From Octopus bimaculoides (lineage: Eukaryota): a stretch of DNA of 64,000 nucleotides. Location of the stretch: positions 158,837,731 through 158,901,730 of the forward strand of contig NC_068983.1 of assembly GCF_001194135.2 (NCBI RefSeq), written 5' to 3'. Position numbers and translations under genes: made by a program. Below, one piece after another: positions 41,100-52,645 of the stretch (positions are counted from its first letter, which is position 1; each line of letters starts with the position of its first letter). Below the pieces are notes generated by a model. That model did no database searches. It was given only the letters and a program-made list of their open reading frames with translations, and had not been told where the DNA came from.

Positions 41100-42268
41100 T
41101 CATTTTCCTCATGAACTCATATACAGTCGACTTCCGAAATATCCTTTCATACTGCTGTAAGTAAAATTTAAATGTGATTTACCAGTGTTAAAATGCAACA
41201 ATATTTGAGGATTACACATCGTATGTAAAAAGCCAAATATTCGTGAAGATGAAAATACTTTTGATACTTCGAGCAACATACCTAAATTGAGAGTAACATG
41301 GAAATATGCAAATGAATTATCAATATTCAAAACCCAACCTGGTTAATACCTCGACATCGAGTTGCATTAATATCTAAACATTCTAATGCCATGTGTTTTC
41401 ATATTTTTAACTTCGGAAGACGAACCAGGTAATCCCATCAAGTGCTTTTTACGCTCATAGTTGGGCAATATGGTGATGCTCTGAAGTCAACCATTTTCAC
41501 AATTTTTTTTTCCTATTACATTACTAAACACAGACTGTACTTTTTAAAACTTTATCCAGTAAGTGTAAATTTCCCATTTTACATACGTTTTTCTACGCTA
41601 ACATGGACTAAACGACACCACAAATTAAAACATTCAACAAATTCTTCAGGCGCATTCTACAAATTTTGTTTTTATTAACACCACCCATACAATTAAGAAA
41701 TATGACTAAACTATTAAAAAGGATAAACTGATTATGTAGAGTAATGTACCTTGCCGGAAAGACACACCTTGTTAATACTTCAATATAGTGTAACAGAGAA
41801 AATGGGACAGACAACAATTCTGAAACATAACTACAATATTAGGCAATTTTTCTAAACAATACGAAAGAATATATAGTTTCACTTATCTCTTTAAAAATTT
41901 GACAAACTCAAAAGATTATTTCCGGTAATAGGCACAAAAATTCGAGAAATATTAAAAAACAAAAAAGTGAGAGGAAATAGTTTATTAAAAAAATATATAA
42001 CGGGAGTGCTCATTGATCTTTGCAGCATCAATAATAGCTTGCCTTGGTAACGAGAACCATGCATATATTAAATAAACGGTTTAATTTCATTCACTATGTG
42101 GAAGAGAATAAAGAATTTTTTTTTTCTTTTTTCCTTTTTCCTACGTAGTACAGGAAATGGAGTCACAAAAATGTGTACAAAATTGTGAACTACATAAAGC
42201 TTTAAATATTACATATATAATACACTATACATATACTAATATCATATACACACATAATACATACACAA

Positions 42269-42300
<32 letters not shown>

Positions 42301-45100
42301 CACACACAAATATATACACACATATATGTGTGTGTGTGTAACTGTTTTAATTCTGTAAGCATATCTGTGTTAATTTATTTTTTATTTTGATTAAATTTTC
42401 CTAGCCAGAATTGAAAATAAACATCACTAATTCCAAATTTTTACCAATTAATATAGATTATAATCGGCTACCACATACACACCAGTACAGAAACGAATTC
42501 TTTAATATTTATATATTAACTGACGGCTTCATATCTTGTCAGATTGAAAAACAAGGGCTAATTGGCTCTAAGCATTTGTGTATATTTTCGGAAGAACCTG
42601 ACATTTAACAAGCTAAAATATTTTACAAAAAAAATACATGTATATATATATTATGGGTGTATTGGAAAATATTTCGAAATAAAGGCGATATAATTTCATT
42701 TAGGTAGTAAAGAAAAATGAAAAACCGATGAAATCCAATACAACATCAAATGAAAGGAAGGGAGATAACCAGCATCTCGGCCGGACAAGCTAATGAGAGA
42801 CGGTAGAAGTGTTCAACGTGCTAGGTAGGGCACCTTAACTATGACTAACCGATCAAATTACAGCAATACAAATGTGAACAGTTACGAAGGAACATTTTCA
42901 ACAAGCATGAGTTAATGACGTGAAGAGTTACTAATGATCACTTTGATTAAAAAAAAAGTCGACGGGTAAATGGAGACGAAAGGTAGTAGCGGGCCAGCAA
43001 TTAAGGACTTAGTGGAACAATATAAAGCAGTCGAAAATAAATGCTGCAACACAGAGATAGCAAGAAATAGTTTTATTAAAGATTCGAGAAATACATACTA
43101 ATGTGGAAGTTAGTAGAATTGTTAAGATTAAAAGCTGTTCAACCATTTTGATGAGTAGTTTTAGTGTATCGAGCCACTTCCGTTTGCAGCCACCACCCAC
43201 CGTACATCTATTTAAGTCTGGCTGGCTGTTATCTGTTAAATAGACACTATCTCTTGAGCCGTTTGAAAACTAGACAAACAAGAGTGTTACAACTATAAAC
43301 TATTACGGTCAATTGAAACTAATCAATGAAATTATATATTGTAAATTTACAGACATTTTAAAATACATATAACGTATAACAGCGATACTATTTAGTAAAT
43401 TATAGAATATCATAATTATAGATAAGAAAGCTAAAAGACTAAAATGTCATTTGGGATGGGGTTCCTAGCCTTTTTTCATGATGTTATTTGAAATTGTCAA
43501 CCAAACTTTTTAAATAAAAGGGTAAAGCAAAAAAGAATGAGTTCAGTTATGAAGTAAATGTGCCGACATGAGTGTAAGAAGAAACAAAAATATTTCAGAA
43601 TGGGATGGGAATAAAAAATGGTAACAAAAAGTCAAGTAAATTTATGACTGTTAAAAACAAAAAATATATGATTCACTAAACAGGGCACGAACTCTTATGA
43701 ATATTCGCAACTAATAAAAACAATAACAAAATAAAATAAATCAGTTGAGAACTAAATATCGAAAGCTGACTAATTTGATCAGAATTCCCCAACTTTAAAA
43801 TACGAAAAAAATATTAAAACAAAAGAAAAAAAACAGGTATTTGCGGGTTGTGACAAATAATATAAAGATTAACGGACACAGTGTATATATATATATATAT
43901 ATATAGTAGCGTTAACTCTTTGGAAGAGGGGTGGGTTACAATTAGATAGAAGCACTAGAAACGGTAGATTTTTTTTCGGTTTTCTAAGAATAATTTCCGA
44001 GCTGTAAACTGGGATAATTAAAAAGGGAGAGTTGAGCAGCAGGAAAGGAATTATTTGTGTCACAAGACGTTTCGCTGTCCAAGAAAGCGATATGGAGATG
44101 GATTCTATCAATAATATCTTTTAACCTAAAGAGGGTCCCTTAACTCTGTGACAATATGGATGACAAATAGGGTAATAAATAAATATTAAAAACAAAATAG
44201 AAAGAAAAAAAAAAGTGCATTGAGAAAGATAAGGGATTCTGAAGAGAATGACACATTTCGATAGACCGAGATAGCAAAAAATAAAACGAGAGATACACGA
44301 GAAATGGAGAAAGTTACTAAATGAAACTAAAAAGATACTTACCTTTTGTTTACAGTAGTATAATGTAATGGTTAACGAACACCCTTCTCTCGTTGCTGTC
44401 ACCCTACCCCAGACGAAGTAAGCCCACTGTGATGACGTAAGACGCCACCGAATCGTTACTATATTTGGAATTATTTCCCGTGACGCTCTGCTGCTGGTCC
44501 GTATAAAATATGGACTCGACACTTTAGACGAACCGTTTCGTTAAAGAGTAAAAGTGGTGAAGCGAAGAAAAAGTTACTTCGTTAATTTTTATTTTATTTT
44601 ATTTTGTTTTTACTTTTTAGGAGAAATTATTTCCATCACTAACATTCAGTTATCCTAGTTTTACAACATAAAACATTTCATTTCTTTAATCTTGATAAAA
44701 TGTGTAACGATTTGTATGGTCGAATTTAAGCAATAAACATGCATAATTTACAACTCCACAGTTAGCATTTCAAACAAGCACTTTGTAGCCGTTAAAACAA
44801 AAAGATAACAAACCAACGTTAATAATTAAACTTAAGTGGATGCGCGCGCGCATACATGTCTGCGCGCACGCACGCACGTGCGCATGAGGATAAAAATTAG
44901 AATATTATGTTCGAAAGCAAAATTAAAATGGGAATATACTAAAAATGGGAATTACAAATAAGTAATAAAAGAAATGTAAAATATTATTTTTGAAAAGTTA
45001 TATTCATTACAAACTAAATTCCTACACAGGCGCAAGAGCACAGATTTATATGGGACGGTAGTTGACAGTACTGTATGTTACAGGTACTTGTTTAATTGTG
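41100..45100. promoter_or_regulatory. CpG-enriched promoter-like region
   Basis: CG dinucleotides are visibly retained in non-repeat sequence, unlike the flanks; ETS-like CACTTCCG 43175-43182; CRE-like TGACGTGA 42916-42923 and TGACGTAA 44433-44440; TE-poor. Confidence 0.6.
44343..44560 (-). other. Putative non-coding first exon of an unidentified minus-strand transcript
   Basis: Consensus donor AAG|GTAAGTATC at 44343/44342 inside the CpG-rich block; no ATG in the exon; 5' boundary approximate. Confidence 0.5.
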
Positions 45101-45234
45101 CCCGGAGGGAAAGTAAGATCTAAGCAATTTCAGCTGGTTTTGAACACAGAAAGTTAGACAATTACTGAATGCCATGAACAGAAGTAGGTTGCTCTAAGTA
45201 GTTCCTAGGTGATGATGCTACTAGAAAACTTTAT

Positions 45235-45517
45235 CATCATCATCATCATCATCATCATCACCACTTAATGAGCGTTTTCAATGGACAGTTTAACAAGAAC
45301 TGATGAGCCGGCATCAGTTTTAGCATGGTTTCTATAGGAGGATGTCCTTCCTAATTCTGACCACTTTACAGTGTGTATCATCATCATCGTTTAACGTCCG
45401 CTTTCCATGCTAGCATGGGTTGGACGATTTGACTGACGACTGGCGAACCAGATGGCTGCACCAGGCTCCAATCTGATTTGGCAGAGTTTCTACGGCTGGA
45501 TGCCCTTCCTAACGCCC
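45235..45517 (-). mobile_element. Two adjacent RTE-tail/SINE-like repeats with (CAT)n
   Basis: (CAT)n-headed copies at ~45235 and ~45378. Confidence 0.8.
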
Positions 45518-45519
45518 AG

Positions 45520-45720
45520 CTTTAGTGATGTCACCAAATAAATTGTAAGACAGAAAGGAATGGAATTAAGAAAAAGGAAAATGCTTCCTGTGAAGTGGGA
45601 GTCTTCAGGCAAGGGAGGCTGTTTTATGACAGGTGTTGAAAGGCTAAAGTATAGTAGACTGGCAAGCACGGCTGTCTTGCTACGGAGGAGATACATGGCT
45701 ACCTCTTAATTATATAAGGA
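45520..45720 (-). mobile_element. Degenerate CR1/L2-like 3' end
   Basis: Weak translated resemblance to a LINE C-terminus plus 3' UTR. Confidence 0.35.
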
Positions 45721-45753
45721 AGAATAAGGCAACAAACTGGCAGAATTGTTAGC

Positions 45754-46120
45754 AGGAGTGGCTGTGTGGTAAGTAGCTTGCTTACCAATCACATGGTTCT
45801 GGGCTCATTCCCACTGCATGGCACCTTGGGTAAGTGTCTTCTACTACAGTCTCGGGCCGTCCAAAGCCTTGTGAGTGGATTTGGTAGACGGAAACTGAAA
45901 GAAGCCCGTCGTATATATGTTTATATATGTGTGTGTGTATATGTGTTTGTCCCCCCAACATCGCTTGACAACCGATGCTGGTGTGTTTACGTCCCTGTAA
46001 CTTAGCGACCGATAGAATAAGTACTAGGCTTCCAAAGAATAAGTCCTGGGGTCGATTTGCTCGACTAAAGGCGGTGCTCCAGCATGGCCACAGTCAAATG
46101 ACTGAAACAAGTAAAAGAAG
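45754..46120 (+). mobile_element. Full-length tRNA-derived CORE-type SINE (octopus OR-like)
   Basis: tRNA-like head GGAGTGGCTGTGTGG..., CORE-like CCTTGGGTAAGTGTC, internal (TA/TG)n, tail GGTGCTCCAGCATGGCCACAGTCAAATGACTGAAACAAGTAAAAG. Confidence 0.88.
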
Positions 46121-46299
46121 GAGTATGCCAGACAAAATGCTTAGCTGCATTTCATCTGTCTTTACGAGTCAATAAAATAAGCACCAGTTGAGCAATGGGT
46201 TGGTGTCATTGACTAACCCCCATCCCCACCTTCTAAAATTATGCCAAAACTTGAAATACTTACATAAGGGTGATTTGTAGTGTAAAGGCACAAAGCTTA

Positions 46300-46580
46300 C
46301 TAGTTAGGGCATTTGGCTCACAATCGTAAGGCTGTGAGTTCAATTCCCAGCAGCATGTGTCCTTGAGAAAGACACTTTATTCCACATCACTCCAGTTCAC
46401 TCAGCTAGAAAAGGGCCAGTCTTGTCACATTTTGGGTCATACTGAATTTCCCTGAGAACTACTTTAAGGGTATGCGTGTCTGTGGAGTGCTCAGCCACTT
46501 GCACGTTAATTTCATGAGCAGGCTGTTCTGTTAATTGGACCCAAGTGGAATCCTTATCATTGTAAGCAATGAAGGGCCAG
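46300..46580 (+). mobile_element. tRNA-derived SINE (second family)
   Basis: B-box-like GAGTTCAATTCC; CCTTGAGAAAGACACTT central motif; related to 48905 and 54715. Confidence 0.65.
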
Positions 46581-46679
46581 TTTTTTTTTTTAGGTTAGTT
46601 GTAGCTGGAGGGAAAATAAAGATGGCAGTGTTGGAGTGCCCTGAGCAAACTCTCATGGTACAAGAAACCCCTGTACTTA

Positions 46680-47059
46680 TTTTTTTAAAGCTAGGTACTT
46701 ATTCTATCTGTCTCTTTTGCTGAACCACTAAGTTGTGGGGATGTAAATGCACCCACACCAGCTGTCAAGTGGTGGTGAGGGACAAATACAGACACAAAGA
46801 TGCATGCAGATACATCATCATCATTTAATGCCTGTTGTCCATGCTGGCATGGGTTGGATGGTTTGACTGGGCTGTCACACTGGAAGGCTATGCCAAACTC
46901 AAGTCTGATTTGGCATGGTTTTCTACAGTTGGATACTCTTCCTAATGCCAACCACTCCAAGAGTGTAATGGGTGCTTTTATGTGCCACCAGCACTGGTAC
47001 CAGTTTGCACAACACGAGTATCTACTACGACTATGATTTTGCTTGGCTTGTATATATGC

Positions 47060-47100
<41 letters not shown>

Positions 47101-47146
47101 TCATCATCATCATCGTNNNNNNNNNNTGCTTGGCTTGTATATATGC

Positions 47147-47187
<41 letters not shown>

Positions 47188-47390
47188 TCATCATCATCAT
47201 CGTCGTCGTTTAACATCCGGTTTCCATACTAGCATGGGTTGGACGATTTGACTGAGGACTGGTGAAACCAGATGGCTACACCAGGCTCCAATCTGATTTG
47301 GAAGAGTTTCTACAGCTGAATGCCTTTCTAACGCCAACCACTCAGAGAGTGTAGTGAGTACTTTTACGTGTCCTGACTTTAAATATCATT
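46680..47390 (-). mobile_element. Cluster of SINE and RTE-tail fragments; sequence duplicated across a 10-N gap
   Basis: Repeat homologies; ~47037-47116 is repeated after the gap, probably an assembly overlap. Confidence 0.75.
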
Positions 47391-47704
47391 CATGTTTCTT
47401 TCTTCAAAAATACCTTGTAACCACTTTTAAGTTCCAATACTTTCACATCATTATATCCTTTATTAGTATTGAATTTTTTATAACCTCTTTAGAGGCCAAT
47501 TCCATTCCTCTTCTTGCTCCTACCTACTCTCATCTCAATGTCAAATGACCACACTTCTCCACTATGAATTCCATCATTATATTTGCAGTAAAAATTCTTG
47601 AATCCAATAATTTATATTGAATTAATAGGTCTTGTTAGTATCAATATTGTTCGTTTCATATCTTTATCCATTCACCATATATAAATACATTTATTTTCTA
47701 ACCA

Positions 47705-47848
47705 TTGGGTGTATGGTTCAGAAGCTTGCTTGCCAACCATAAAGTCTTGGGTTCAGTCCTGCTGCATGGCACTTTGGACAAGTGTCTTTCACTATAGCCT
47801 CTGATTGACCAAAGCCTTGTGAGTGGATTTGAAAGGAGCCCATTGTAA

Positions 47849-47850
<2 letters not shown>
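47705..47850 (+). mobile_element. CORE-type SINE 5' half
   Basis: GGGTTCAGTCC...CTTTGGACAAGTGTC...GCCTTGTGAGTGGATTTG. Confidence 0.8.
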
Positions 47851-47883
<33 letters not shown>

Positions 47884-48112
47884 NNNNNNNNNNNNNNNNN
47901 NNNNNNNNNNNNNNNNNNNNNNNNNNNNNNNNNNNNNNNNNNNNNNNNNNNNNNNNNNNNTAATGTATCTTAATACTGCAAATAAATAAAAGGTCTGTCC
48001 ATTTTACATTTTGTGCCTCAGAATTCCAAGAGCCTTAGTCTATCTTCATTCCTCATATCATATCTATAGCCTCCCTGTATACTAGAGTAGACATGCTGTT
48101 TTCTGCATCTGA

Positions 48113-48270
48113 ACTACACTGTCGGAGTGGTTGGCATTAGGAAGGGCATCCAGCTGTAGAAACCCTGCTAAATCAGATTGGAGCCTGGTGTAACCACCTG
48201 GTTCACCAGTCCTCAGTCAAATCGTCCAACCCATGCTAGCATGGAAAACGAACGTTAAACGATGATGATT
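48113..48270 (+). mobile_element. RTE-tail/SINE-like repeat
   Basis: Ends CCATGCTAGCATGGAAAACGAACGTTAAACGATGATGAT. Confidence 0.9.
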
Positions 48271-48409
48271 ATATATATATATATAAGGTTAGTTGTGTTA
48301 GAGGTTAAAAGTAAGAGCTTTGTTGATGTAAACCCTCTCAAGTATCACCACAAGGAAAAATTTTGACTAGTCAAGTCTGGGGAATGTGAAGGCCATTCAA
48401 AGTAGACCT

Positions 48410-48889
48410 CACAATGGTTCCAGCTGCTCATACCACAAGAGAAACAATGCAGTTGCTATGCCAGGGCTTTGGAGAGAGAACAATCTCTTACTATGGCAAT
48501 GTCAACTGGCCTTCACATTCCCCAGACTTGACTAGCCCGAATTTTTTTCTAGTGGGGATACCTGAAAGAGAGGGTTCACATCAACAAACCAGAAACCTTG
48601 GTGCAACTGAAGGAGAACATCAACAGAAAAATCAGAGAAGTGGGGTCTGAAACTCTTGAGGGTGATATGGTGCAAGTTTTGGAAAGAGCACAGGCAAGTA
48701 AAGCTGAAAATGGCTGCCATTTAAGCGATGTCATTTTTCACATGTGATGGAGTGGTGCTGCAAAATATGACTTGTGCACATTGATTTCTATTAACTCCTT
48801 TATGTTGTATCAAAGTTTCATGCATTTATCTGTCGAGTTAAGGAAGTTATTAGAAATTGAAACCCATCAGGGACTTTTGGGACACCCTG
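48410..48889 (+). mobile_element. Tc1/mariner-superfamily transposon 3' part (DDE/D C-terminus plus right TIR)
   Basis: PAAHT...NWPSHSPDLTSPNFF, then frameshifted WGYLKERVHINKPETLVQLKENI; terminus GGGACACCCTG followed by TA at 48890-48891. Confidence 0.85.
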
Positions 48890-48904
48890 TATATGTATAT
48901 ATGA

Positions 48905-49195
48905 AATCATGAGATAGTGAGTTTGATTTGCAGACTAGGCTGTGTTGTGTTCTTGAGCAAGACACTTTATTTCATGTTGTTCCAGTTCACTCAGCTGTAG
49001 GAATGAATTGCAATGTCACTGGTGCCAAACTGTATTAGCTTTTGCTTTTCCCTTGGATAACATTAGTTGCATGGAGTGGGGAGGCCAGTGTGCATGGGTG
49101 ATGGCTGGTCTTCTATAAACAACCTTGCCCAGACAAGCGTAACTTTCTAGGTGCAATCCCATGGTCATTCTTGACTGAAGTGGGGTCTTTACCCT
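48905..49195 (+). mobile_element. tRNA-derived SINE (second family), degraded
   Basis: TTCTTGAGCAAGACACTT and CCAGTTCACTCAGCTG motifs shared with 46.3 and 54.7 kb. Confidence 0.65.
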
Positions 49196-49450
49196 GTATG
49201 TATATATATATATAGAGAACATACCAAGAGTTTTCATCAATTGATGTAATGTAATAGGTATCTTTCTTTAAGGACATGTTAATTTTTGAGAATTGCTGGT
49301 TCCTTGATATTATTACATTACATTATATTATATTGTCTTATATCATATNNNNNNNNNNNNNNNNNNNNNNNNNNNNNNNNNNNNNNNNNNNNNNNNNNNN
49401 NNNNNNNNNNNNNNNNNNNNNNNNNNNNNNNNNNNNNNNNNNNNNNNNNN

Positions 49451-49508
<58 letters not shown>

Positions 49509-50309
49509 TGTATGTATATATATACATATATATAGAAAGCGAGAGAGAGAGAGATGTATGTATTAATATATATTATATATGTATGTATATGGAAAATATA
49601 CAAGGAGTTTTCGTCAATTGATGTAATGTAATATGTATGTACTATGAGTGTTCAGTTTGGGTAACCACTAAAACTCTGGTTTGAACTGCAACTGAAAAAT
49701 GTGGTGTTGAAAATGCCAATTAAAAGTGGCTAGAAGTGGCTAGAAGTGACTAGAAGTGGCTAGAGAGAGATGTATGTATTAACATATATTATATGCTTGA
49801 GTGGTGCTTTTTATGTGCCACTAGCACAGGTGCCAGTCAGGTGGCACTGGCATCAGCCATGCTTGAATGGTGCTTTTTACGTACCACTGGCATGGGTACC
49901 AGTCAGGCAACACTGATGATGATAATGATAAATTGTGTATGTGGCATATCTCTGACTATTATGTTGCATCACTTTACTTCCAGTAGTAGTTCAAAAAATA
50001 GAGATCAATAAATTAAACATTGGGGTCATTATATATAAAAGTTATAGTTTTCTATAACTGCCAAATATTTTATATCTTTTTCTCTATTTGTGCTGAGAGC
50101 TTTAATACCAAACCTTTAATATTCTCATCTATTTACTTATACTTGAATCTTTTTCTTCAGTTCGCTTACTCATATTTTGAGCTTTGTCTATACTTCCGAT
50201 AAAATAATATAAAAAATTTTCTTGTACAGTCAAGAGCTGAGGTTCCAAGAACTGAGATCAAGATTGGTGCTAGAATATCCACAATCATAGGTTAGTTCAA
50301 CAATGCACA

Positions 50310-50535
50310 CCTGTACCTCCAGGCCTACAATGTATGCTCGGTTCTTCCAGCCCTATGATGTGGAACTGCTTCTCTCAATCCTACAATGTATACACCTTGC
50401 TCCAAGTCCTACAATATGTACCTATTTTTCCCAGCCTATAATGTGTTCCCCCTTTCTCCCAGCCCTACAACATGTATCTTCCTCTCCCAGCTCAATAATA
50501 TGCATCCCCTTTTCCAAGCCTTACATTGCACACAC
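50310..50535. repeat. Diverged ~28-bp minisatellite (~8 units, CTCCCAGCCCTACAATGTAT...)
   Basis: Recurrent CC(C)TACAAT core at ~28-nt spacing. Confidence 0.7.
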
Positions 50536-50815
50536 CTTTTTAATAGTTTATTTCTACAAATTCCTCCAACATCCTTTTTACAGAAACTGAAAAACACAGT
50601 TGAAAATTTATAATTAACTTGAGTACAAGAAATCTATAGTATTATTATCATACACTGAATTAATCTATTATTTGTCAAAAATTTTTAATATTTCACATCA
50701 AATCTTGTATTATGATCTCATAGTACCACATGCTCCTTTCATCTTCTCCATCCCATCCTATTCAGAAAGTGACCTTCCCTGCTTTCTTTGTTTCTGAGAT
50801 TCCATGCTTTAGGGG

Positions 50816-51082
50816 CAGTGGTTCCTTTTGATTCCTATTTTACTGTATTGGACCTCAATATCCACTCAGTGTATTCTTTTACTTTCTTGTTTCAGTCATT
50901 TGACTGTGGCCATGCTGGAGCACCACCTTGTATTTTTATGATTAAATATTGTTAAGAATTGTATATAAAAAAAATTAAAATATTTTGTGTCTTGTATAAG
51001 CAATTTATTGCACATAAATTTTAACAACAAAATCTTATTTGAACCCCACAAAGGCCATATGAACCCCAGTTGACAATCACTA
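50816..51082. mobile_element. hAT-type MITE with an inserted SINE tail fragment
   Basis: CAGTGGTTC...TGACAATCACTA termini; CTTTAGGG appears on both sides (one extra G on the left). Confidence 0.6.
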
Positions 51083-52645
51083 CTTTAGGGTAAACATTTG
51101 TGTGTTGAGGATGCTGCTGTACTGTCACTGAATGATAGGTCAGTGTCTTACCAAGAGATGAAGCAACTCCATAGATGTTTTAGTTCCTTCCACTGTGACA
51201 CCAGAACTGCACCAAGTCATCCACCAATGTAGGTGAGAAAACTCCCACACAACATCACAAGCTGAGATTTTATGTATTTAAATGGATTAAATTTTGTTCA
51301 AAGTTTGTGCAGTGCCTCCAGATATTAGTGCCTTAAACAACTATCTAGTTTGCCTAGCATGTAGTGTTAGTCCTAATTGAGATCAAATCTTTGCTGGATA
51401 CTCAACTATATGTCAAATCTAATATGAATTCAGTTGATCATATTTGCCAACTACAACTTCTCTTCTAATCTCACCATGTAAAGTTGAATATAAATCCAAC
51501 TTTCTATTGATAATGATATTTGTAAGGTAAAATAATTTTGTGTGCTCTGAGGTAATATTAATTCTGACATTTCAAACACAAACCTCTTCTATGGCCAAGA
51601 AAGGAAGAAGCCTGCTTAATATGTCAAAAGTAACTCCTAATGGTTCACAAACCTGTTTTATTCTATGAAGTCTGTCACCCTTTTCTCTCTTTTCTAATGT
51701 CACTACTTCTCTCAAAGTCTATGTTTTTCTTATGTTTTTGTTATTGACATATTGACACATCTACAAACCTTTATCGATATATTGGTGAATTTTTATTTTA
51801 CTTTTTTTACGACACATCTGATACATACTGCAAGCATAGTGATCTTAGATTAATCTTTTCTAAATATAAATAGACTCAACTTCTACACTTCTCTATTCCT
51901 GTCAGTCTCTTTTCTCCTTCTTTCTTTATCTAATTATTTATCTCTAACTATCCATCAGTCTTCTAACATGTGTATTTACTTAAAAGTCAAAATAGTATAT
52001 CAATATATCTGTAAATTTTTCAGTGTGTATATTCAATCACATTGACACACACAGATATACATAAACACACACACACACTGATGTCTCTGTGTGTAAGTGT
52101 AAACATGTTATAAACTCACTGTAAACATGGCCAGTTTGAAGTATTTTTTTTCATACATTAGTTAACCTTAGAAGGCAAAGCTGTGCTTATTGACATAGGA
52201 TAGGATAACTCAATGAAAATTATGCCATTACTATTTAGAATTCTTGTAAGCGCAAGGCTGAAAAGCATGCCAGAAGAACACAATTATGGAGAAGAAGAGT
52301 TAAGAATGTGTCGAAAAAGGAATGATATACAAGCAGTGCGAGTAAGAACATGAAGTCACTGTCTTTTTAAAGTCAACAGCCTATGTTTTTACCAAGAAAT
52401 CTGGAGTTTTCTGTATGTTTCATGTACAAGTTTATCCTAGTTCTTCACAGATAACAGATCAATATATGCAAGTTAAAAAATTATACCAAATATGATATAT
52501 ATTATATGGAAATGAATTATTCTATGTTAAGGTATCATCAGAATGCTTTTGATGTACAATTTATCCAAACATTAGTTTACAGATTTCTTAAAGTTCATAA
52601 CTGAACAATGGAATACAGTTGTATAGTTGTGGTTTTAAAATTTCA

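Noticed and set aside
44121-44522. 133-aa minus-strand ORF as a protein-coding gene
   Set aside because: Starts at GTG, reads through a perfect splice donor into low-complexity intron-like sequence, and resembles no known protein; better explained as a non-coding exon.
45754-45830. tRNA gene (also at 17686-17753 and 54715-54780)
   Set aside because: Degenerate A/B boxes without a full cloverleaf, fused to SINE bodies; these are tRNA-derived heads.
47037-47210. Tandem duplication flanking a 10-N gap (also at ~350-440)
   Set aside because: Identical sequence on both sides of a minimal gap is typical of unmerged contig overlaps.
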